NCBI GenBank assembly: GCA_015066215.1
Contig: SVOU01000001.1
Location: forward strand, 1 to 45,532
DNA length: 45,532 bases
DNA from: Oscillospiraceae bacterium
GTDB taxonomy: Bacteria > Bacillota > Clostridia > Oscillospirales > Acutalibacteraceae
Direction: 5' to 3'
Under the pieces are notes generated by a model that searched no databases, was not told where the DNA came from, and saw only the letters and a program-made list of their open reading frames with translations. A program made the position numbers and the translations under genes. This document shows, in pieces, positions 30,257 to 37,499 of the stretch. Within the stretch, counting starts at the first letter, position 1. Each line of letters begins with the position of its first letter.

Positions 30257-30287
30257 AAAAAAAGACCGCCTTGTGGGCGGTCTTTTT
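30257..30287. terminator. Bidirectional terminator between the NERD gene and ferritin
   Basis: AAAAAAA-GACCGCC-TTGTG-GGCGGTC-TTTTT, lying between convergent genes. Confidence 0.85.
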
Positions 30288-30301
30288 GTTATCCTTATTT
30301 C

Positions 30302-30814
30302 TTACAGCACCAGAGAGGGGGCGGAATAGACGCGGGCGGCAAGCTCTTGGTTGAGCATATAGAGGCTCTTGGGGTCGCTGCCGAACAGCTCCATTTTGGT
30401 GATGAGGTCGTTGGCGTTGGTCTCCTCTTCGCCTTGCTCCTTCACGAACCAATCAAGGAACTGCATTGTGCGGAAATCCTTGACTTCATACGCGGCGGCG
30501 TAGATGTCGTTGATGAGCGAGGTGACGTATTCCTCGTGCTCTAAACCTGCTTTGAGGACGTCCATATGGCAGGAAAACTCTTTGTCGGGTTTGGCGATCG
30601 CATCGAGGGTGACCTTTTGGTTTTCGTTTTGCAGATACTGATAAAACAGCATCGCGTGGTCGCGCTCTTCTTGCGCCTGGATCTTATACCAATTGGCGAA
30701 GCCGTCGAGGCCTTTGTCCTCGAAATAGTTGGAGAAATCGAGATAGAGATAGGCGGAATAAAATTCTTTGTTGATCTGCTGATTGAGCAGGTCGCGGACT
30801 TTTTGGTTCATCAT
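30302..30814 (-). CDS. ftnA: Non-haem ferritin
   Basis: 170 aa. INKEFYSAYLYLDFSNYF...WYKIQAQEERDHAMLFYQYL...EHEEYVT gives the ferroxidase-centre residues of bacterial ferritin. Confidence 0.9.
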   Translation of the reverse strand: MMNQKVRDLLNQQINKEFYSAYLYLDFSNYFEDKGLDGFANWYKIQAQEERDHAMLFYQYLQNENQKVTLDAIAKPDKEFSCHMDVLKAGLEHEEYVTSLINDIYAAAYEVKDFRTMQFLDWFVKEQGEEETNANDLITKMELFGSDPKSLYMLNQELAARVYSAPSLVL

Positions 30815-30850
30815 TATGTATGACCTCCTTTTGTGATTTGACAGGGCGAT

Positions 30851-31159
30851 TTAGTTTTCCAGCATAGCCAGAATGTGCTCTTTGGGGCGCGCGCCGACCG
30901 TTTGGTTGGCGATCTTGCCGTCTTTGAGGACGACGAGCATCGGGATGCTCACCACACCGAAGGCTTGCGCCAGCTCGGGTTCTTCATCCACGTTGATCTT
31001 GCCGACGAGATATTGCGGGTTTTCGGCGGCGATCTCATCGACGAGCGGGGACACCATTTGGCACGGACCGCACCAATCGGCATAAAAATCGAGAAGGACG
31101 GGCTTTGTATCGCTTGCGACCTGCTCGAAGTTTTGTTTGTTGACACGAATAACAGCCAT
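30851..31159 (-). CDS. trxA: Thioredoxin
   Basis: WCGPC active site (LLDFYADWCGPCQMVSP). I prefer ATG 31159 (MAVIRV..., 6 nt after GGAAG) over the track start at 31165, which abuts the SD. Confidence 0.92.
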   Translation of the reverse strand: MAVIRVNKQNFEQVASDTKPVLLDFYADWCGPCQMVSPLVDEIAAENPQYLVGKINVDEEPELAQAFGVVSIPMLVVLKDGKIANQTVGARPKEHILAMLEN

Positions 31160-31236
31160 TGTCATCTTCCTTTCTTGGTTGTTATCTTTATTATAACCCG
31201 TCCGTGCGAAATTTTCTATAAGAAAATGTTAATTTT

Positions 31237-31887
31237 TTATTTCAGCTTTTTGAGCTTGGCGGTGTCGGCGATGACGATAAGCTGCATACCGCTTTCCAGC
31301 GGCATCGTGGGATCTATCGTGGTGCTAATCTTATCCGCCTTGCGCAGTGCCACCACATTGATGGCATATTTTTGGCGCAAGCCCAATTCGATCAAGGTTT
31401 TGCCCACCCAATCGGGCTTGACCTGCATATCGACCATCGACACCTCGTCGGACAGTTCGATCATCTCGGAAAAGCCCGCGGACAGCAGATTTCTGGCAAG
31501 GCGAACACCCGATTCTTTTTCAGGGAAGATAACTTTATCGGCACCCACGCGGCTCAATATCTTTTGGTGCATTTCGCTGCCGCATTTGACGATGACCGTT
31601 TCGACCCCCAACTCTTTGCAAAGGGTGACCGCCATCACACAGGCTTCCAGGTGGTTTGCCATAGCGACAACCACCACGTCCATATTGCCGATGCCCAACC
31701 GTTTCATAGTTTCAAGGTCAGTGATATCGGCACATTTGCACACGGGGATGGTTTCGGCGGCGCGGTTGACGTTGCCTTGATCGATATCCACCGCCAACAC
31801 CTCGGCACCGTTGTTGATCAGTTCCTCGGCGACGGCTTGACCGTATCTGCCGAGCCCCAGTACGGCGTACGTTTTATAAATACTCAT
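31237..31887 (-). CDS. ktrA: Trk/Ktr potassium uptake system, NAD-binding peripheral subunit
   Basis: 216 aa with Rossmann YAVLGLGRYGQAVAEEL and RCK_N/RCK_C organisation. It lies 16 nt after the membrane subunit gene, with an AAGGAG SD. Confidence 0.85.
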   Translation of the reverse strand: MSIYKTYAVLGLGRYGQAVAEELINNGAEVLAVDIDQGNVNRAAETIPVCKCADITDLETMKRLGIGNMDVVVVAMANHLEACVMAVTLCKELGVETVIVKCGSEMHQKILSRVGADKVIFPEKESGVRLARNLLSAGFSEMIELSDEVSMVDMQVKPDWVGKTLIELGLRQKYAINVVALRKADKISTTIDPTMPLESGMQLIVIADTAKLKKLK

Positions 31888-31903
31888 AGATACTTCTCCT
31901 TTC

Positions 31904-33256
31904 TTATCCTACGCTGATCTCTTCGGTCGGATCTTTGATGCCGTTGGGATTGCTTCGGTGGCGATTGAACGCAATTGCCAAGGAAATGGGGCCCACACGG
32001 CCCAGATACATCGTCGCAATGATGATATATTTGCCGGCAGTAGACAGCGTGGCAGTCAAATTGCGCGTAAGCCCCACGGTGGCTGTGGCACTGACGGTTT
32101 CATACAGCACGTCCAGTGCAGGCGCGTCGGTGACAGCGGCGAGGGCTACCGTTGATATGAACAGAATGGCAAAGGACGTTCCTGCGACGGCAACGGCTTT
32201 GCCGACCGCTTGCTTTGTCAGCCGTCTGCCAAACAATGCGGTGTCCTCTTGGCCGCGAATCGACGACAACGCTGACGCGATGATCGTCACAAAGGTGACC
32301 GTTTTGATGCCGCCTGCGGTACCGACGGGCGAGCCACCGACAAACATCAGCAGCAGACAGGTCAGCGCGGATGCGTTGGTCAGATGCTCCTGCGGCACGG
32401 TGGCAAAGCCTGCGGTACGGGTGGTCACCGACTGAAAGAGTGCCACCTCTATTTTTTGCGGCAAGGTATAGGCGCCGATGGTTTGCGGATTGTTATATTC
32501 AAACGCCAAGATGAGTGCCGCGCCCACCAAAATGAGAGCGAGGGTGGCGGTGATGGCTATTTTGCTGTGCAGGGTGAGATGGCGAAACCACCACCCTTTT
32601 TTGCGGCGCGCCAATCGGCACGCACGCGGTACGTCCCACCAAACGATATAGCCGATGCCGCCCACGATGATAAGCGCACAGGTGACGGCGTTGACCACAG
32701 GATTTAAGGCGTAGTTGTACAGGCTGTTTTCGGCGATGATATCGATGCCCGCGTTGCAAAAGGCAGAAACGGCGGTGAACACCGACACCCAAACACCTTT
32801 AAGCCCCATTTCGGGGACGAATACCGTCATATACAGAAGTGCGCCGACACCCTCGACAAGCAACGTGCCGAGCACCACTTTTTTTACGAGCCGTACCAAC
32901 CCCGCAAGGGAGTTGAGATTGAAGGCATCCTGCAAAAGCAGGCGGTCACCGATACCCATTTTGCGATGTAAAAGGCTCATCACTGCCGACATAATGGTGA
33001 TGACACCCAGCCCACCGATCTGGATGAGCAACAGGATAACGACGTGACCAAACGTACTCCACGCGGTGACGGTGGGCGTCACCACCAGACCCGTTACGCA
33101 GGTGGAGGTGGTGGCGGTGAAAAGCGCGTCGGTAAAGGAGGTCGATTTGCCGTCAGCCGCGCTGATCGGCAGCATCAGCAACAACGTACCGAGCAGGATG
33201 ACGATCAAAAAGCTGAGCAGAATGATATGGGTGGTCGACAGGCGTTGCGTTTTCAC
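31904..33256 (-). CDS. ktrB: TrkH/KtrB family potassium uptake membrane subunit
   Basis: 450 aa, GTG start with an AAGGAGGGG SD. Polytopic, with repeated selectivity-filter-like segments (TCVTGL, FCNAGID, TRTAGFAT, TVGLT). Confidence 0.85.
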   Translation of the reverse strand: MKTQRLSTTHIILLSFLIVILLGTLLLMLPISAADGKSTSFTDALFTATTSTCVTGLVVTPTVTAWSTFGHVVILLLIQIGGLGVITIMSAVMSLLHRKMGIGDRLLLQDAFNLNSLAGLVRLVKKVVLGTLLVEGVGALLYMTVFVPEMGLKGVWVSVFTAVSAFCNAGIDIIAENSLYNYALNPVVNAVTCALIIVGGIGYIVWWDVPRACRLARRKKGWWFRHLTLHSKIAITATLALILVGAALILAFEYNNPQTIGAYTLPQKIEVALFQSVTTRTAGFATVPQEHLTNASALTCLLLMFVGGSPVGTAGGIKTVTFVTIIASALSSIRGQEDTALFGRRLTKQAVGKAVAVAGTSFAILFISTVALAAVTDAPALDVLYETVSATATVGLTRNLTATLSTAGKYIIIATMYLGRVGPISLAIAFNRHRSNPNGIKDPTEEISVG

Positions 33257-33289
33257 TTTTCTCCCCTCCTTGATCGTATTTACCTTGTT

Positions 33290-33318
33290 ATTATACCATC
33301 GGATTTTCCGTTTTGCAA
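33290..33318 (-). promoter_or_regulatory. Sigma-A promoter of ktrBA
   Basis: The minus strand reads TTGCAA (33318-33313), a 17-nt spacer, then TATAAT (33295-33290). It lies about 34 nt upstream of the GTG start. Confidence 0.65.
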
Positions 33319-33419
33319 CGCCTGTGTATCAAAAGCTTGTCACACGCGATCATTTGGCTGCATATTTTGTCATTGTGGGGAAAATTTCTCCACAAACTTT
33401 GAAAAGGATGAACGCAAGT

Positions 33420-34274
33420 ATGGCTGTATTTTTTAACCAAGCGACCTTGACCTATAACGGTGTCAGCACCAACTCCAACATTGCCGTGGGCGAGATCCTG
33501 GACGCTTTGACGGCGACCAAGACTGCCGTTGAGGGCGTCTACACCGTCGGTGAGCTTATCACCTATGCGGTGGCGCTGCGCAACACCACGGGCGGTGTGC
33601 TGGCAGACTTGACCGTCAGCGACGATCTGGGCGGCTATGCGTTTGGCGGCGGCACGGTGTATCCGCTGACCTATGAGGACGGCTCGGCACTGCTCTTTAT
33701 CGACGGTGCGGTACAGCCCGCTCCCGCTGTGGTGGCAGGACCGCCGGCGGTGTTTACGGGTATCACCATTCCCGCAAACGGCGATGCGGTGCTTGTTTAT
33801 CAGGCGCGCGCCAACGGCTTTGCGCCGCCTGTTGCCGACGGTACGATCGTCAACACGGTGACGGTGACGGGCGACGGTTTGAGCGCGCCTGTGACGGCTA
33901 CCGAAACGGTGACGGCGGATGCGGCGGCGCGGCTGACGATTTCCAAATCTATCACCCCCACCCAAGTGGTGGACAACGATCGTGTCACCTATACCTTTGT
34001 GATCCAGAATTTCGGCAACGAAGCGGTCGTGGCGACGGATGACGCCATTGTCACCGACACCTTTGATCCGATCTTGACCGATCTGGTCGTCACCTTTAAC
34101 GGTGAAGGCTGGGTTGAGGGCGTGCAATACACCTATGACGAAGCGACGGGGCAGTTTGCCAGCGCCGCCGGTCAGATCACGGTGCCTGCCGCCACCTTTA
34201 CGCAGGATCCTGTGACGGGTGCCTACACCACCGTGCCCGGCACGGCGACGCTGGTCGTTGTCGGCACAATCTGA
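33420..34274 (+). CDS. DUF11 (conserved repeat domain, TIGR01451-like) protein, two repeats, no signal peptide
   Basis: From ATG 33420 (MAVFFNQATLTYNG...; ATG 33408 is an alternative). Two repeats fit the pattern T-K-t...G-d-x-i-tY-x-i-x-v-x-N-t-G: LTATKTAVEGVYTVGELITYAVALRNTTGGVLADLTVSDDL and LTISKSITPTQVVDNDRVTYTFVIQNFGNEAVVATDDAIVTDTF. The upstream part of the track ORF overlaps ktrB and is spurious. Confidence 0.7.
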   Translation: MAVFFNQATLTYNGVSTNSNIAVGEILDALTATKTAVEGVYTVGELITYAVALRNTTGGVLADLTVSDDLGGYAFGGGTVYPLTYEDGSALLFIDGAVQPAPAVVAGPPAVFTGITIPANGDAVLVYQARANGFAPPVADGTIVNTVTVTGDGLSAPVTATETVTADAAARLTISKSITPTQVVDNDRVTYTFVIQNFGNEAVVATDDAIVTDTFDPILTDLVVTFNGEGWVEGVQYTYDEATGQFASAAGQITVPAATFTQDPVTGAYTTVPGTATLVVVGTI

Positions 34275-34288
34275 CCCTACGCATAAAC

Positions 34289-34320
34289 AATGCCCCCTCA
34301 ACCGAGGGGGCATTTCTCTT
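34289..34320. terminator. Terminator hairpin between convergent genes
   Basis: 11-bp stem AATGCCCCCTC / GAGGGGGCATT, loop AACC, followed by a T-rich TCTCTT. Confidence 0.7.
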
Positions 34321-34321
34321 G

Positions 34322-35458
34322 TCAAACAGTTTCTTTTTCGCGGGTGACACAGGCGTTATAATACCACAAAAAGCGCAGGGTGTTGGTGTTTTGCGGCAGG
34401 AGCTCGTAATAGACCTTGTCGGCGGTGAACACCAGCGCTTTTTTGCCGTGCATCGCCATTTCGGCGATGCTCGCCTGCGGGAAGGTCTTGTCGCCGCAGC
34501 AAAGTGCGTCGGGCGTGAGGGTGATCTCCCCTTCGGCGGCTTGCGTTTCGATATGGTCCTTTACCTGCGAAAGGATGCCGCGCGCGGCGGTATAGGGCTT
34601 GCCCTCTGCTACGTCGCGGGCGACTTGTTCGCGCTGCCAATCGGCAAGGGCGGCAACGGTATCGACGGGCAGCCCGTGGAGATAGCCGTAGGCGTCGTAA
34701 GTGGCGCGCAGGTCACAGGCGGTGCAGGAGACGGTATCGCCGTCGGTGGTGATGGTGTGATAGGCGCCGCATTGCGGGCAGATAAACAGCAGGTTTTCCA
34801 TACCCTTGGCGCCCGCTTTACTGCGATAGGGCGCGGGGTCTTCCGCTTGGCGGGCATAGGCGTCTTCGCCGATGTCGTGAGTGATGACCGCATAGAGTTC
34901 ATCGACCGTCATCGCGGCGACTTCCTCCGGGGAAAATATCCGCACGGGTGCGCCGTGCAGGCGACCGCGGCGCAAGCCGTCGCCCCATTGGGGGCTGACG
35001 AAATAGCCGCCCGTTAAGCGATAGGTGACGAGGCCACAGTTGGCGGACTGAATGAGTTTGGCGATGGCGGGGGTGATGGGGCTGGGGCGACCGTCCCACG
35101 TGCGCACGCCTTCGGGGAACAGACACACGTTGCGCCCTTTGCGCGCGCGGCGCACCATCTCCATCACCGCTTTGGTGGCGGAAGCGCCTTTGGGGCGCAT
35201 AATGGGGTCGAAGACATAGCGCAACAGCGGATAGAGCCGTTTCCAGCGGGCGATATGTTCACTGCCGAGGAAATACATCTGGCGCCGAAAGCTTGCCGCG
35301 ACCAGCAACATATCGTAGTCGGTGGCGTGGTTGGCGACCACGATGTAGGTTTTGGGCAGATTTTTCGCTTTTTCGTAAGTGTAGCCGAAACGCAGTTTCA
35401 GGAACAAGACCACCAGCGGACGCAGCAGGTGGTAAAAAAAGGTGTGGCGTTTTTTCAT
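34322..35458 (-). CDS. Lysophospholipid (PlsC-like) acyltransferase with a C-terminal zinc-ribbon-containing extension
   Basis: 378 aa from ATG 35458 (GGGGAGGGG SD). HX4D motif VANHATDYD and an FPEGVRT block. The C-terminal ~170 aa contain CPQCG...CTAC (four Cys, ribbon-like). Confidence 0.8.
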   Translation of the reverse strand: MKKRHTFFYHLLRPLVVLFLKLRFGYTYEKAKNLPKTYIVVANHATDYDMLLVAASFRRQMYFLGSEHIARWKRLYPLLRYVFDPIMRPKGASATKAVMEMVRRARKGRNVCLFPEGVRTWDGRPSPITPAIAKLIQSANCGLVTYRLTGGYFVSPQWGDGLRRGRLHGAPVRIFSPEEVAAMTVDELYAVITHDIGEDAYARQAEDPAPYRSKAGAKGMENLLFICPQCGAYHTITTDGDTVSCTACDLRATYDAYGYLHGLPVDTVAALADWQREQVARDVAEGKPYTAARGILSQVKDHIETQAAEGEITLTPDALCCGDKTFPQASIAEMAMHGKKALVFTADKVYYELLPQNTNTLRFLWYYNACVTREKETV

Positions 35459-35564
35459 CGGGTCCCCTCCCCTTTTTTGGCGCGGTGTGCGCGTGCAGAG
35501 TTGTTGTAACTTCAAGAATTATACCACATTTTCGGCGGTGACACAACTGTTTTTTCGGCGGGCG

Positions 35565-35696
35565 TGAGGGGTTGCGCCCTACAACGCTTATGTTTTGGGT
35601 TAGTGCGAAATTGGCGGCGCGTGGGGGACGACACGCCGTTATGCCCCTCATCCACCGCCGTGCGGCGGTCCCCCTTCCCCCGCAGGGGAAGGCAAG
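35565..35696 (+). repeat. Intergenic repeat block R6
   Basis: GCGCCCTACAA (35574-35584) plus a double-hairpin module at 35644-35696 (ACCGCC/GGCGGT and CCTTCCCC/GGGGAAGG, ending GGCAAG). It is nearly identical in design to 11514-11566. Confidence 0.85.
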
Positions 35697-35756
35697 AAAA
35701 TGTGGCCGTCAGGCGGTGCGAACAACAAGGCGCGTTTACGGCTGCTTTGGCAAGGC

Positions 35757-35796
35757 GCAAAAACGCCCGCGCAAGCGGGGCTTGTGCGGGCGTTTG
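35757..35796 (-). terminator. Terminator at the end of the carbohydrate operon
   Basis: 10-bp stem AAACGCCCGC / GCGGGCGTTT with a T-run on the minus strand, 10 nt after the beta-helix gene stop. Confidence 0.65.
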
Positions 35797-35805
35797 GGGT
35801 GTTTA

Positions 35806-37476
35806 TCAGTTCCACTCCGTTTGGATATCGGTGGCGGCGCAAGCTTCGGTGCTAACAAGGGCGTCGACGTCACAGGTGTTGCCCGTGACGGTTAAGTCCG
35901 CCACGCTGCGCGCGAACACGGCGTTGCCGTTGGAGTTGACGAAGCGGTTATCTGCCACGGTGACCTTGCCGTGATAGCAACCTTTGAGTTGCGGCATCGG
36001 GTCGGGGCTGACGCAAACTGCAAAGCCGCCGTCCAGCACGTTGCAACCCATAAAGGTGTTGCCCGTGACGGTCAGGTCGGTCATCGGGCCTGCCTCATAC
36101 CAATACCACGGGTCGCCGCCCGAAAACACGCCGCAACAGCTGTTATAGAAAGTGTTGCCGCGGACGACCGCCTTTTTCGAGGTGTTGATGAGGAAGCCAC
36201 GCGGGCGGTTGTTGCCCGTGCGGTTGCCTTCGAGCAACACTTCGGGGTGGTTGTCGGGGTCTTCGGCGACGCCGCCGACACATTCGGCGGGGATAGACTC
36301 GTTTGTGGTTATACGCAGAGTATAATCATCCGCCAATTCTACCGATCGTATCGTCACGGTGGCATATTCGTTAAGCCCGTCGCGTTCCAAAAGGCGCAGA
36401 CGGTCGCCCACGCGATAAGGGATGACGCCGCGCTGTTGGAAATGTTTGAGGCGCAGGGTGAGGGTGTTGCCCTCGGCGTTTTCGATGACGGTATAGATGC
36501 CGTGGATGTTGGTCGCGTCGTCCATCATACCGTCGAACACGCAGTCGCGCATGGTCAGCGTGCCGTAGCAGTTGACAAAGTGGGTGGCGTCGGCGTTGGT
36601 GGAGATGACGCGGTTGCGGGCGGCGTTGGGCATCACGCGCACGCGGTGGAGCAGAATATCGGCAGAGTTTTGACCGATGACACCCATCGAGCCCATCTGA
36701 TAGATGACGACGTCGCGCAGGGTGACGCCTTGGGAATCTTTGATGAAGCAAAAGCTATTGAGGCGGTTTTCGTGGGTGACGACCAGCCAGTCGCCGACGG
36801 GCAACGTGTAGCCGCCAAAGTCGCCTTTGAGCAAGAGGTTGCCCTCGGGGGTCTGCGAGGCGTCGGCGCGCCATAGGTCGGCGGGCAGATTTTCTACCCG
36901 CGGGTTGCCGTCACCGACCCAGATGAAAGCGGTGGGGCTGCCGGCGATGGGGGCGTGCGTGTCGGCGCCGAACACGTGGATGAGCGACACCTCGTCACGC
37001 AGATCCTGTTTCCAGCAATCGCCGTAAGGGTACCAGTTGGTGCCTTCGACGGTGTAGGGATATTCTGCCGTGTCGATGGCCAGCTCTGCCTCGTTGGGGG
37101 CGGAGCGCACGATCTTGCCCTGCGTATAAAACGGGCGTCGGACGTCCGAAGTGATGCCTTCGACGGTGACGTTTTCGCAGCCGTCGATGACAAAGGGCGA
37201 CAGGCGACCGTGCAACGTCCAGACGGCGCCTTTGCCGTCGACGGTGATATTCTTGCGGTTATGCAACGAGAACAGCACCTGTTTTTCGCCGCCGTCGTTG
37301 TTGCTTTCAAAGCATTCCTCGGTGAAAGCGTCGGCAGCGTAGAAGTGCCACTCCCCCGCTCCCAGCTCGAAGCGCAGATCGTCGCCCGCGTTTTCGCGCA
37401 GAGCGCGCACCACCGCGAGGGTGCGGTTGTCGCCGTCTTCGGGGCGGATATAGTCAAGTATGGATACGGTTTTCAT
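35806..37476 (-). CDS. Right-handed parallel beta-helix repeat protein (putative glycoside hydrolase or polysaccharide lyase), no signal peptide
   Basis: 556 aa with repeated PbH1-like turns (ITVDGKGA, VTVEGITSD, VRGNTFYNS, VTGNTFMGC, VADNRFVNS, VTGNTCD). GGAGGA SD. Specific activity not assignable by eye. Confidence 0.65.
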   Translation of the reverse strand: MKTVSILDYIRPEDGDNRTLAVVRALRENAGDDLRFELGAGEWHFYAADAFTEECFESNNDGGEKQVLFSLHNRKNITVDGKGAVWTLHGRLSPFVIDGCENVTVEGITSDVRRPFYTQGKIVRSAPNEAELAIDTAEYPYTVEGTNWYPYGDCWKQDLRDEVSLIHVFGADTHAPIAGSPTAFIWVGDGNPRVENLPADLWRADASQTPEGNLLLKGDFGGYTLPVGDWLVVTHENRLNSFCFIKDSQGVTLRDVVIYQMGSMGVIGQNSADILLHRVRVMPNAARNRVISTNADATHFVNCYGTLTMRDCVFDGMMDDATNIHGIYTVIENAEGNTLTLRLKHFQQRGVIPYRVGDRLRLLERDGLNEYATVTIRSVELADDYTLRITTNESIPAECVGGVAEDPDNHPEVLLEGNRTGNNRPRGFLINTSKKAVVRGNTFYNSCCGVFSGGDPWYWYEAGPMTDLTVTGNTFMGCNVLDGGFAVCVSPDPMPQLKGCYHGKVTVADNRFVNSNGNAVFARSVADLTVTGNTCDVDALVSTEACAATDIQTEWN

Positions 37477-37499
37477 CGGTCACGTTCCTCCGAATACAA

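Noticed and set aside
28350-30323. Complete prophage or integrative element at tRNA-Pro
   Set aside because: The whole tRNA-to-ferritin interval is under 2 kb and has no integrase, excisionase or phage genes. Only scars and a single cargo gene are present.
28802-30323. Integron-type gene cassette (attC) interpretation of the NERD insert
   Set aside because: There is no intI gene or attI, and the flanking repeat is a duplicated terminator plus gene end rather than an imperfect-palindrome attC with R/L boxes.
33257-33419. c-di-AMP (ydaO-type) riboswitch upstream of ktrBA
   Set aside because: A well-formed promoter (33290-33318) lies only about 34 nt from the start codon, leaving no room for a riboswitch of about 130 nt. 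I saw none of the conserved riboswitch motifs.
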